Shown here piece by piece: positions 17,805 through 27,500 of a stretch of DNA of 64,000 nt. The stretch comes from an uncultured Methanosarcinales archaeon. Lineage in GTDB: Archaea > Nanobdellota > Nanobdellia > Woesearchaeales > ARS49. Location: assembly GCA_964445485.1 (NCBI GenBank), contig CAYUPS010000002.1, forward strand, positions 102,055-166,054, given 5' to 3'. The translations under genes were made by a program, and so were the position numbers. The stretch's first letter is position 1; each line of letters starts with the position of its first letter. Under the pieces are notes generated by a model that searched no databases, was not told the DNA's origin, and saw only the letters and a list, made by a program, of their open reading frames with translations.

Positions 17805-18578
17805 ATGGGGATATTCTCGTTCCTGGACCCGGTGCTCGACGCGATATTCGGGCCTCTCCTGTCGCTGCCGCCCACTCTCGGTCTGCTCATACTCTCGTTC
17901 GCTGTGGCAATCCTGACGACGCTGGTGTACAAGTACACGACGAACCAGGATCTGATGAAACAGCTCAAGGATGAGATCAAGGCGCTCCAGGCGGAGCTCA
18001 AGCAGCTGCGCGACAAGCCGGAACAGATGATGCAGGTGCAGAAGAAGGCGATGGAGACGAACATGAAGTACACCATGCAGAGCATGCGCTCCACGCTGTT
18101 CACCATCCTGCCCCTGATCCTCATCTTCGGTTGGCTGCAGGGCCATCTGGCGTACGATCCGATCCTGCCCGGGCAGGAGTTCAGCGCGAGCGTACATGTC
18201 GCTGAGGGTGTGCGCGGGTGGATCAATGCGACCGCGCCGGAGGGCATCGAGATCACGGGTGATGCCGCGAAGGAGTTGACCGACGGTGTGGCGATTTTCA
18301 CGTTCAAGGCGATGGACGCGGGGGATTATGCCGCGCCGGGCCTGACGTTCTTGGTCGGGGGGAAGGCGTACAACCAGGAGGTCTTGGTGACCGCGGAGCG
18401 TGCGTATCACGCGCCGGTCGTGCAGCATGGCGATGGCGTGGTGGAGTTCATCCAGGTGAACCAGCAGCCGCTGAAGGCGTTGAACCTGTTCGGCTGGCAG
18501 CTGGGGTGGCTCGGCACGTACATCATTTTCTCCATCGTGTTCTCGATGGGCGTGCGGAAGCTGATGAAGGTCTATTAG
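17805..18578 (+). CDS. DUF106/EMC3-TMCO1 (Oxa1/YidC superfamily) membrane insertase
   Basis: TM, coiled coil, TM, then GWLGTYIIFS; usual position downstream of secY. Confidence 0.85.
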   Translation: MGIFSFLDPVLDAIFGPLLSLPPTLGLLILSFAVAILTTLVYKYTTNQDLMKQLKDEIKALQAELKQLRDKPEQMMQVQKKAMETNMKYTMQSMRSTLFTILPLILIFGWLQGHLAYDPILPGQEFSASVHVAEGVRGWINATAPEGIEITGDAAKELTDGVAIFTFKAMDAGDYAAPGLTFLVGGKAYNQEVLVTAERAYHAPVVQHGDGVVEFIQVNQQPLKALNLFGWQLGWLGTYIIFSIVFSMGVRKLMKVY

Positions 18579-18736
18579 TCATTTATAAATGCCAGGAGTG
18601 ACATAAACCGCCCAGTTTAACGCTGTTTCTCGTCGGAGCAAAGGTAAAGTATTTAAATATCTGCCTTATAAATGGGTAGAACGGGGTATTAAAACCGTTC
18701 ACAGGGGGTTCCGACGACAGTCGGAGGTGGACCTAC

Positions 18737-19330
18737 ATGGTTACCAAGAAACCACAGAAACAAGCAGCGAAGAAAGAAGCGACGACCGAAGGCAAGAGCA
18801 TCAAAGTCGTCAACATCGTCATCTCTGCGAACCTCGGGCACCCGATTCCGCTCGAGAAGATGGCCGCGACACTGCCCAACACGGAGTACAATCCCGAGCA
18901 GTTCCCCGGCCTCGTCATCCGCATCAAGGATCCGCAGACCAGCGCGCTGATCTTCAGCTCGGGCAAGATCGTCTGCACCGGCGGCCGCACGATGGACGAA
19001 GTCCACGCGAGCATCCGCAAGATCATGAAGAGCCTCGAGAAGATCAACGTCAAGATCAAGGAAGAGCCTGAGGCCAAGATCCAGAACATCGTGGCAAGCG
19101 GCTCTGTCGGCATGGACCTGAACCTCAACGTCCTCGCCATGAAGCTCGAGAACACGGAATACGAGCCTGAACAGTTCCCCGGCCTTGTCTACAAGCTGCC
19201 GGAGAAGAAGGCGACATTCCTGCTGTTCTCGAACGGCAAGGTCGTCTGCACCGGCACCAAGAGCGAAGCCGAAGTGCACACGGTCCTCGACATCCTGATC
19301 GAGAACCTCAAGAAAGTCAAGATGAAGTGA
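18737..19330 (+). CDS. tbp: TATA-binding protein
   Basis: Two repeats: YNPEQFPGL and YEPEQFPGL; LIFSSGKIVCTG. Confidence 0.97.
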   Translation: MVTKKPQKQAAKKEATTEGKSIKVVNIVISANLGHPIPLEKMAATLPNTEYNPEQFPGLVIRIKDPQTSALIFSSGKIVCTGGRTMDEVHASIRKIMKSLEKINVKIKEEPEAKIQNIVASGSVGMDLNLNVLAMKLENTEYEPEQFPGLVYKLPEKKATFLLFSNGKVVCTGTKSEAEVHTVLDILIENLKKVKMK

Positions 19331-19342
19331 GCCCCGCTCACG

Positions 19343-19368
19343 TTCTTTTGTTTTTCTTCTCTTTTTTC
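19343..19368 (+). terminator. Oligo-T terminator after tbp
   Basis: TTCTTTTGTTTTTCTTCTCTTTTTT. Confidence 0.65.
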
Positions 19369-19518
19369 TGCAATCCTTCCGCCCACTGGACACTGGTCCG
19401 CGGGCCAAAACGCTCGTAAATCCCTGCGTCTCCAGTGGAAGCGGCGGAAGCTGAGGACAGGCATAGGATCTGGGCCTCATAAATCGTTTTTAATCAGAAG
19501 CTCCCGTCTGATGCAAGC

Positions 19519-21525
19519 ATGGACGCAGCGGAACAGGTGCAACGGTGCGCGGACTTCATACAGAAACACTACCACGCGCAGCTCCTCGAGCGCCACCGCC
19601 AAGGCCATCGGCACCTGCCGATCAGCTTCAAAGTTCTCGCCGAGCACGAGCCTGAGCTCGCCGACCTCCTCCTCGACAAACCCGAAGACGTCATCAAAGC
19701 CGCGGAGATGGCGATCAAAGATCTCGAGCCGGAAGCGAAAGGCTTTCTCATCCGCATCACCGACCTCCCGAAATCCTCGAACATCCTCATCCGCAACGTG
19801 CGCTCGACAAGCCTGGGGAAGCTCCTCCTCTTCGACGGCGTCGTGCGCCAGAAAAGCGACGTTCGCCCCCAAGTCACCTCCGCGCGGTTCGAGTGCCCGC
19901 AGTGCAACAACACGCTGGTGATGCTACAGCTCGACAGCACGTTCCGAGAGCCCCAGAAGTGCTCTTGCGGGCGCAAAGGGAAATTCCGCCTTCTCTCCAA
20001 GGAGCTCGTCGACGCGCAAGGCATCGTGCTCGAAGAGGCGCCCGACCAGCTTGACGGCGGAGAGCAGCAGAAACGCATGAACGTCCTCCTGCAGAAGGAT
20101 CTCGTCAGCCCGCTCTCGGACAAGAAAACCAATCCCGGCGCGCGCATCCAGATCGTCGGCGTCGTCAAGGAAGTCCCCATCATCCTCCGCAGCGGAGGCC
20201 AGAGCACCAAATTCGACCTGATGATCGAAGCCAACAACGTCATCACCGTCGACGAGACGTTCAACGAGCTCATCATCTCCCCCGAAGAGGAGCAGAAGAT
20301 CATCGAGCTCAGCCAATCCCCCAACCTCCACACGAAGATCGCCGAATCCATCGCGCCTTCCATCTACGGCCATGAGCGCGTCAAGGAGGCGATGGCGCTG
20401 CAGCTCGTGTCGGGCGTGCGGAAGATGCGCCCGGACGGCGTCGTCACGAGGGGAGACATGCACATCCTGCTCATCGGCGACCCGGGCGCGGCCAAATCGC
20501 AGATGCTGCGCCGCGTCATGGTCGTCGCGCCCCGCGCAAGACTCGTGACGGGCAAGGGCGCGAGCGGCGCGGGTCTGAGCGCGAGCGTCGTCAAGGACGA
20601 ATTCCTGCAGGGCTGGTCGCTCGAGGCGGGCGCGATGGTCCTGGCGAGCGGCGGTATCTGCTGCATCGACGAGATGGACAAGATGTCGAAGGATGACACG
20701 AGCGCGATGCACGAGGCGCTTGAGCAGCAGACAGTCACGATCAGCAAAGCGAACATCCAGGCGACCCTCAGGTGCGAGACCACCGTGCTCGCGGCGGCGA
20801 ACCCCAAGTTCGGCCGGTTCGACCCGTACGAAGCCATCGGCAAGCAGATCGACCTACCGCCCGCGCTGATCTCGCGCTTTGACCTCATCTTCCCCATCAA
20901 GGACATTCCTGAGACCCGCAAGGACGAGCGCATGGCGAATTTCATCCTCGAGCTGCATAAGAACAACGTGCAGGAGCCGCCGGTCGACACAATTCTCCTT
21001 CGGAAGTATTTCGCCTATGCGCGCCAGCGCATCCACCCCACGCTCACGGACGGGGCTGTGGAGGAATTGCGCGATTATTTCGTGAAGATCCGCAGCTCTG
21101 CGGCAGGCGAAGGCAACCGGTCCATCCCCATCACTGCGCGCCAGCTCGAAGGCCTTGTGCGGCTCTCGGAAGCGAATGCCCGTCTGCGCCTCTCGAAGAA
21201 GGTGACACGCAAGGATGCCCAGCGCGCCATCGACATTCTCGATTACTGCCTGCGCCAGGTCGCGTATGACGAGAAGACAGGCACCATCGATATCGACCGC
21301 ATCTCGTCGGGAACGTCCGCGAGCGAGCGCAACAAGATCCTGACGGTCAAGGAGATCATCATGGAGCTTGAGGCGACATACAACAAGGCGATCCCTCTTG
21401 AGAAAGTGCTCGAGGCGGCCAAGGAGAGGGGTCTGACAGAGAGCGAGTTCGAGGAGATCATCGCGAAGCTCAAGAGGGGCGGGGATATCTTCGAGCCTCG
21501 CCACGGCATCATCGGCAGGCTCTGA
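19519..21525 (+). CDS. mcm: MCM replicative helicase
   Basis: Zn finger CPQC..CSC, GDPGAAKS, IDEMDKM, SRFDL, ITARQLE. Confidence 0.97.
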   Translation: MDAAEQVQRCADFIQKHYHAQLLERHRQGHRHLPISFKVLAEHEPELADLLLDKPEDVIKAAEMAIKDLEPEAKGFLIRITDLPKSSNILIRNVRSTSLGKLLLFDGVVRQKSDVRPQVTSARFECPQCNNTLVMLQLDSTFREPQKCSCGRKGKFRLLSKELVDAQGIVLEEAPDQLDGGEQQKRMNVLLQKDLVSPLSDKKTNPGARIQIVGVVKEVPIILRSGGQSTKFDLMIEANNVITVDETFNELIISPEEEQKIIELSQSPNLHTKIAESIAPSIYGHERVKEAMALQLVSGVRKMRPDGVVTRGDMHILLIGDPGAAKSQMLRRVMVVAPRARLVTGKGASGAGLSASVVKDEFLQGWSLEAGAMVLASGGICCIDEMDKMSKDDTSAMHEALEQQTVTISKANIQATLRCETTVLAAANPKFGRFDPYEAIGKQIDLPPALISRFDLIFPIKDIPETRKDERMANFILELHKNNVQEPPVDTILLRKYFAYARQRIHPTLTDGAVEELRDYFVKIRSSAAGEGNRSIPITARQLEGLVRLSEANARLRLSKKVTRKDAQRAIDILDYCLRQVAYDEKTGTIDIDRISSGTSASERNKILTVKEIIMELEATYNKAIPLEKVLEAAKERGLTESEFEEIIAKLKRGGDIFEPRHGIIGRL

Positions 21526-22590
21526 TCATCCTTGCTTGGAGAGGAAGATGCAGCTGGATGCCAGGTAACGGTCCTCTATCTTGTCGCACACGGTGAAGTC
21601 GTCCTTGATCGCGAATTCCATGTAGCAGCTGTCGCGCTTGAGCCTATCCTGTATGGCATTGCACAGCTCTGAGCGTGATGCCGCGGCGGCGATGGCGTCA
21701 AAGCACTCGTCTTGCCGCTCCTGGATGGGAATGGCGCGGCATAGCTGCACGGCCTCTTCATGCGAGCGGGCCGCTGCGATGAGCGCGTCGTCCGTGGTCG
21801 CGGTCGTGCCGCTCGCCGCCTGCGGTCTGCAGTCTTCCTGGCAGGTGATGCTCGTCTCGCCCGCTTCGCAGGCGTAGTTGCCGCAGCAGGGGACGATGGG
21901 TGTGTAGGCGCACCTGCCATCGACGCACGCGTCGCTCGTGCAGGCGTAGAAGTCATCGCACTTTGCAGGGCAGGAGGACGCGGCGGGAGCTGGCGGTGTG
22001 ATGGGTCCGGGAAGCGTCTCGTTACGCAAGGGACCAGCAGGAGCGGTCCCTGCGCGTTCGATGACGAGGGGCGCGGTCTTGCTCACGGGCGGGCCGCCGT
22101 GCATGGCGGTGACGCGGATGCTGTAGCGGCCGGGGGGCGCGTTCGACGGAATCGGGATTGTTTTCCGCAACGACGCGCTCCGGTCCACCGACACATCCTC
22201 CCGCTCGCTCCACAGGAGCGTTCCGCCGCTCGAGAGAAGCGCGTACGTGAGGGTGACTGCGGGGCGGCCGTCGCTCTCGAGCGTGATTGTCGCTTGAGCG
22301 GAACCGCCTGGCGGTATCGTCGCTTGCGGTGCCTGTACTGCCATCTGGAGCGACGCTTCGGTGGGAAGGAGCAGGAGGATGATGAAGGTGATGAGCGCGA
22401 GTCCGCCGATGCCGGCGCCGATCCATGCCCACGGGATGCCTGCCTGAGGGGATGCGCGGAGAGCGAGACGGATCGCCTGGTCTGCGTCGTAGGGGCCGTA
22501 GCCCGCGCGCAGCAGCTGCGCGCGGATGACCTGCGCGGAGTACCCCTGGCGGAGGAGCTGCTGGGCGTATGCCGTCGGAGGAAGAGCCAT
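21526..22590 (-). CDS. Membrane-anchored Cys-rich surface protein
   Basis: N-terminal helical domain, one TM, beta-rich domain, Pro linker, CDD..CT.D.C and C..I....D.C repeats. Confidence 0.7.
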   Translation of the reverse strand: MALPPTAYAQQLLRQGYSAQVIRAQLLRAGYGPYDADQAIRLALRASPQAGIPWAWIGAGIGGLALITFIILLLLPTEASLQMAVQAPQATIPPGGSAQATITLESDGRPAVTLTYALLSSGGTLLWSEREDVSVDRSASLRKTIPIPSNAPPGRYSIRVTAMHGGPPVSKTAPLVIERAGTAPAGPLRNETLPGPITPPAPAASSCPAKCDDFYACTSDACVDGRCAYTPIVPCCGNYACEAGETSITCQEDCRPQAASGTTATTDDALIAAARSHEEAVQLCRAIPIQERQDECFDAIAAAASRSELCNAIQDRLKRDSCYMEFAIKDDFTVCDKIEDRYLASSCIFLSKQG

Positions 22591-22659
22591 GTGGCGAGCA
22601 GAAAACCGCCCAGCAAACTATATAAATGTTGCGCGGACTCCGACGGGACACGGGGTCAA

Positions 22660-23211
22660 ATGGTCGCGCGCAAAACTGCAATCAAGGATATTCTCGGCGG
22701 CGAGCCTGTCGCGCAGGGAGAGAACACCCCTGCGGGCTGGCGCTGCGCGAGCGGCGAGTTCGTCGCGCAGGTCCACCTCGTTGGCACGATCGTGGCAGCA
22801 GCGGATGACGGCCAGAGCTATGCGCTCGATGACGGGACCGGACACATACTCCTGAGGGTATTCGACGCGCGAAAGAGCGTCCCCTTGAGCGTCGGACAGC
22901 TGGTGCGCGCGATCGGCCGTCCGCGCGAATTCGGCGATCCGTACATCGCGCTCGAGGTCTGCAAACCGCTCTCGGATCCCGCGTGGTTCGAGCTGCACAA
23001 GAAAGAGACCGTCTCGGCGGACGCGCCGGCGGCCGGCGGCGGGAAGGAGTCCCTGCTCGGCATCATCAGGGAGCTCGATACAGGGACGGGCGCGGCCTAT
23101 GAGCAGATCGTCTCCCGCTTCGGCGAGAAGACTGACGCGCTTTTGCGCAAGATGCTCAGCGACGGCGAGGTCTTCGAGACGGCCCCCGGCCGCATCAAAG
23201 TCCTCGAGTGA
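22660..23211 (+). CDS. OB-fold plus winged-helix protein (RPA32-like)
   Basis: LDDGTG.I, VRAIGRPR, C-terminal GEVFETAPG. Confidence 0.8.
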   Translation: MVARKTAIKDILGGEPVAQGENTPAGWRCASGEFVAQVHLVGTIVAAADDGQSYALDDGTGHILLRVFDARKSVPLSVGQLVRAIGRPREFGDPYIALEVCKPLSDPAWFELHKKETVSADAPAAGGGKESLLGIIRELDTGTGAAYEQIVSRFGEKTDALLRKMLSDGEVFETAPGRIKVLE

Positions 23212-23212
23212 C

Positions 23213-24064
23213 TCACCTGAAGAAGAGCGGCGTGACGAATACCTCGAGGATCGCCGCGACGAACAGTATGCCGACTGCGAGCAGCACGAGGTCGGAGAAG
23301 TCCAAGAGTATCTTCTCGAAATTCTGGGTGCGGTATTCCTTGCGCATCAGCGCGACAGAGAGTATGCCTCCCGCGAGACCCGCGACGAAGTACGCGAGGA
23401 TCTCGGGGATGCCGTGGATGGCGTAGCGCAGGAGCGAGAGCCCGCTGACGTAGAAGTACGCGCCGAATGCGGACAGCCCGCTCGCGTCGGCGAACTGCGC
23501 GAGATGGACGCGCACAAAGTTGCCTGCGGCGGCGCCGATGACTGATGCGTTCCATGCGAGGATGAAGATGGCGCCGCTGCCGTAGATGAACGAGAAGAGC
23601 AGGCAGAAGATCATGACCTTGATGTTGTTGAGGAATATCTTCGAGAGTATCTGCGCCTGCGCGAGGGCGCCTGTCACCTGCGGGTTGAGATTCGCGATGG
23701 TGTCCACCTGCGTCTTGAAGACGGAAGACGAGATGTCGCTCGGGAGCGCGACGTACCAGAGCGTGAACGCGAATGCCATGCCGCCGAAGAGGTACATGAA
23801 GAACCGCAGCGCCTTGCTGTGCTCCCGCAGCAGCGCGCGCTCATCGTCGATGATGCTGTCCTTGTGCTCTTCGAAACGGAGAGTGTGGAACATCAGCGGG
23901 AGCGCTGCGAGGGCGGTGAGGAACACCATGACCATGCCTGCCTGCTCCTCGAATATCCAGAGGCTGAGGAAGAGCGCGAGGGACGCGTAGAGGAAGCCGA
24001 GGATCCCTGCCTGCGCGGGATGCGTCTCCGCCTGCAGGGGATTGAGCAAGGACTCCAGCACCAT
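23213..24064 (-). CDS. SpoIIM/DUF95 family membrane protein
   Basis: IFLNN, WNASVIG, IHGIPEI, AAILEVFVTP. Confidence 0.85.
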   Translation of the reverse strand: MVLESLLNPLQAETHPAQAGILGFLYASLALFLSLWIFEEQAGMVMVFLTALAALPLMFHTLRFEEHKDSIIDDERALLREHSKALRFFMYLFGGMAFAFTLWYVALPSDISSSVFKTQVDTIANLNPQVTGALAQAQILSKIFLNNIKVMIFCLLFSFIYGSGAIFILAWNASVIGAAAGNFVRVHLAQFADASGLSAFGAYFYVSGLSLLRYAIHGIPEILAYFVAGLAGGILSVALMRKEYRTQNFEKILLDFSDLVLLAVGILFVAAILEVFVTPLFFR

Positions 24065-24152
24065 TGGGTCAGAATGGTGCCTCGCGACTTTATATAGGTT
24101 TGCGCGTCTCGACCCGGCGAAGGTTTATAAATGCCCTCGGGGTTGCCGGTGC

Positions 24153-24563
24153 ATGATGGATTACGATCAACTGCTCAAGCGCGCACGCGACCGCATGCCT
24201 GCGGTCGTGTTCGAGAAGGCCCGCTTCGAGATCCCGAAGGTGCGAGGCCACCTGCAGGGCAGCCGCACCGTCATCAGCAATTTCCTCCAGATCGCCAGCA
24301 CGCTCCGGCGCGAGCCAGAACACCTGCTCAAATACCTCCTGCGCGAGCTCGCCACGCCAGGCAGCCCGAACCGCGACAGCCTCGTTCTCGGCTCCAAGGT
24401 CCCGGCATCGCGCATCAACGACAAGATCAAGCAGTATGCCCACGAGTTCGTGCTCTGCCCCTCCTGCGGCAAGCCCGACACAGACCTCCTGCGCGAGGGA
24501 GAGTTCACATTCCTGCGCTGCAGCGTGTGCGGCACCAAGACGACTGTCAAGAGCAAGATCTGA
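24153..24563 (+). CDS. eif2b: Translation initiation factor aIF-2 subunit beta
   Basis: YDQLLKR, RFEIP, RELAT, CPSCGKPDT...CSVCG. Confidence 0.95.
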   Translation: MMDYDQLLKRARDRMPAVVFEKARFEIPKVRGHLQGSRTVISNFLQIASTLRREPEHLLKYLLRELATPGSPNRDSLVLGSKVPASRINDKIKQYAHEFVLCPSCGKPDTDLLREGEFTFLRCSVCGTKTTVKSKI

Positions 24564-24565
24564 GG

Positions 24566-27500
24566 CTAGCCGAACCAGGCCCCGAGCCCGGTCTGCTTCT
24601 CTTTCTCCCTGCCGAACACCCCTTCGATGCGGCGCTGCAGGAGCATGATGCTCTGCTGGAGATACGCGGAGAGGTTGTACTTCTTCGCGAGCGACACCGT
24701 GGGCTCAAGGTACTTGACGATGCTGCCCTGCGAGATCGTGAATATCAACTTGCCGTTGGCGCATTTGGTGCACCTGCCGACAAGCGGCGGTCTGCGGTAC
24801 TTCTCATTGCACCCGACACAACGGAACTCCTGCTCCGAGAACTTGCGCAGGTTGCCCTTGAGATCTTTGATGAAATGCTTCTCGATCACCAGCCGCGCGA
24901 CTTCCGCGGTCTTGACCGCACGGATGCGCTCTGCGAGGTCCATCTGACCCTTGAGCTTCTCCTCCATCGACGGCAGGGTCTTGTAGGCCGAGACGCGTAT
25001 GCCATCATTCAAGTCCTCTGTGTCGTGCGTGAAGCCCATGCCTTCGAACTGCGCGGGCGTGTTGAGCGTTGCCTTGATCTGAGGGATCTGCACTTCCGCG
25101 GGCGATGCGTACCTCAGCGCGGCCTCATAGAGCTGGAGCGGGTACTGCCAGGAGATATCCACGTCGAATGCCATATCATCTACCTCGGTCGGCGTGAGGA
25201 TGGACGTGAGCACGAGCGGAGCGTCCATCGTGCTGCCGCGCGAGCTCGGCAGGTACTTCTTGGAGAAGTTGAGGAGCGCATCCATGAGGAGCAGGACGCA
25301 GGATTCGTCGCCGTCGCAGTCCCTCCGTGTCGCCGCATGGATGTAGGGGTGCGCGAGGAATCCCTGCGTCTTGCTGAAGCCGATGATGCGGCCGACCATC
25401 CCTGCGGACGTGTGCGGCGCGAGGCAGACCACCAAGTGCCCGATGAGATCCTCCGCGCTGTTGACACGGTAGAACGGCTGCTCCTTGTAGAACGAGGAGA
25501 GCAGGTCATCGATGAACTGCGCGACACGGACGAGCACGCGATCGGCGCCCTCGTCTGGCGAGTCATCGCACGCGGGGAGGATGACATCCTGCGGCATGAG
25601 CTCGAGCACCTGCCCGTCATCGGTGAGCGGCTGCCCCTTGATGTCCGCGGTGTAACCGAGCTCGCGCAAGCGGTGCACGCCCGTCCCCACCTCTTTCGGT
25701 TTGAAGTGCGTGATGGGAAGCTCCGTCATGTCATACCGTGTGGTGCCGTCCTTGTTGACTGCGATGTCGTGCTTCGCCCGCAGAATGCCTTTGGCCAGGT
25801 GCTCAGGGGTGTGCTCTTTGTTCGATGTGCCGCGCACGCCCTTGATGAGGTCGGGGTAGGTGTTCATGCCGAGGGAGGCGAGGATGCGCGTGAAGTGGTG
25901 ACGGATGTCTATCTGCTGCGGCTTTGCGACACCCGGCGAGTCCGGATGAGGGCAGTTGGCGCTCTCACCGCACTGCGGGCACATCTTCACGCGCAGGGTC
26001 CGTTTCTCGCACCGCTCACACACGCGGAATATCGTGTTCGTCTTGCACGAGGCGCAGAAGTACACGGGAAAATCAGACTCCACCTTCCCCTTCTCGAGCG
26101 CCGCCTGGAAGCTGCGGAGCCTGCCCCCTTCATCTCCGACGGGAAACAGGGTGTGCGGCGAGCCGGTGAGCTCTCGCATCTTGGCTTTCTCGGGCCGGCC
26201 CATGCGGGCTCCGATGAATGTCCCTCCCTTATCGCGTATCGTCAGCGGCCCTGCGCTGTTGAGGAAGTCCAGAGGCGCGACGCCTGGCGCGCGGAGGAGC
26301 ATCTCGTGCGTCTCTTTGAGAGTGCGTGACGGAAAACCGAGAGACGCGAGAAACGCCTGGGCTGCATCCCCGTCTATCACGACGAACTCGTTGCCGATGA
26401 CGCTGTGGGGCACTGCCAGAATCTCGAGCGACCGCTTGGGCGCGTCGTTCTTCGGGAGCACGATCTTGCAGGGCCTGCCATCGTCATCCTGCGTGATCTT
26501 GGCGTCGCGGAGCCAGTGGACGAGCCCGACAAAGGAATCATACGTCAGCCCTCCCCAGTAATACGTGAATGACGGGTGGAGGGGGATCTTCGCTTTCTCG
26601 GCGAGCGTGAGCGCCGTCGATGCGCTCACCTGCGTCGTGAGAGGATTGCGGACGATTGTCTCGAGCTGACGGGAGGGAATCTCCACAAGCTCGGCGAGTT
26701 TCTGGAAGTCAAGGCTTCCGAACAGGTTGACGGTCGCCTTTTCCAGCTCCTGCGCCCACCATTCCTGGCAGTACCCTGCGGGCACAAGCGGGTGGTTGCG
26801 GTTCGCGAAATCCCCGTACGCGATCAGCACGTCTCCGAGGTACAGCAGCTCTTTGACTCTGTCCTTGACCTCCCGCGCTTCCTTGACCGACTTGATGTAG
26901 TGCACACTGCCGTCGACAAGCTTGACGACGGGTCCGTCGATTGTGCTGATCGCGGTCATGGACGCCGCTTTGCCGGGCCGCTCCACTTTGAGCTGCGTGC
27001 CGATCGCGATGTACTCATTGAGCAGCGCCATCGTGGCAGGATGGATGCTCTGGCCGGAATACCCCGAGACTCTCCCGCGGCCGTACCGGAGGCGGAACCC
27101 TCCGTGCGCGAGCGGGTGGCCGAGCACCGGCCTGCCCGCGACCAGATCGGCGATGTAGGTGAAATCGGGGGATATCTTCGCGCCACCCTCCTTCTTGGCC
27201 GCGCCGGCGCCCTTCGCCTTCTCTTTCTTCTGGATGGCGAGGAATTCCTCGAGGAACATCCACTGGTCCAGGTCGAACTCTTTGCCCCACTTCTGTATCT
27301 GCTTCCAGAGTTTCGGCGCCTTGAGCGGGATGCAGGAGGAGAGGATCAGGCAGTATCCCGAGCGGATCTGGTTCGTCGGAATGCGCGGCAGGTTCTTGAA
27401 ATTGCTGACCTCGATGCGCTCGGACGGGTCGCCCGAGACCTCGAGAGGGAGTTTTTTGAGGAGGAACTGCACCTCTGCTTCGCTCGGGAAGTATTGGAGG

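Noticed and set aside
19368..19460. The element before mcm as the missing 3' half of a split 5S rRNA
   Set aside because: It has no AGUA/GAA loop E motif and no strand complementary to the 5' end of the 2675-2740 element.
24131..26329. 732-aa plus-strand ORF
   Set aside because: Overlaps aIF-2beta out of frame and lies antisense to DP2; a shadow ORF.
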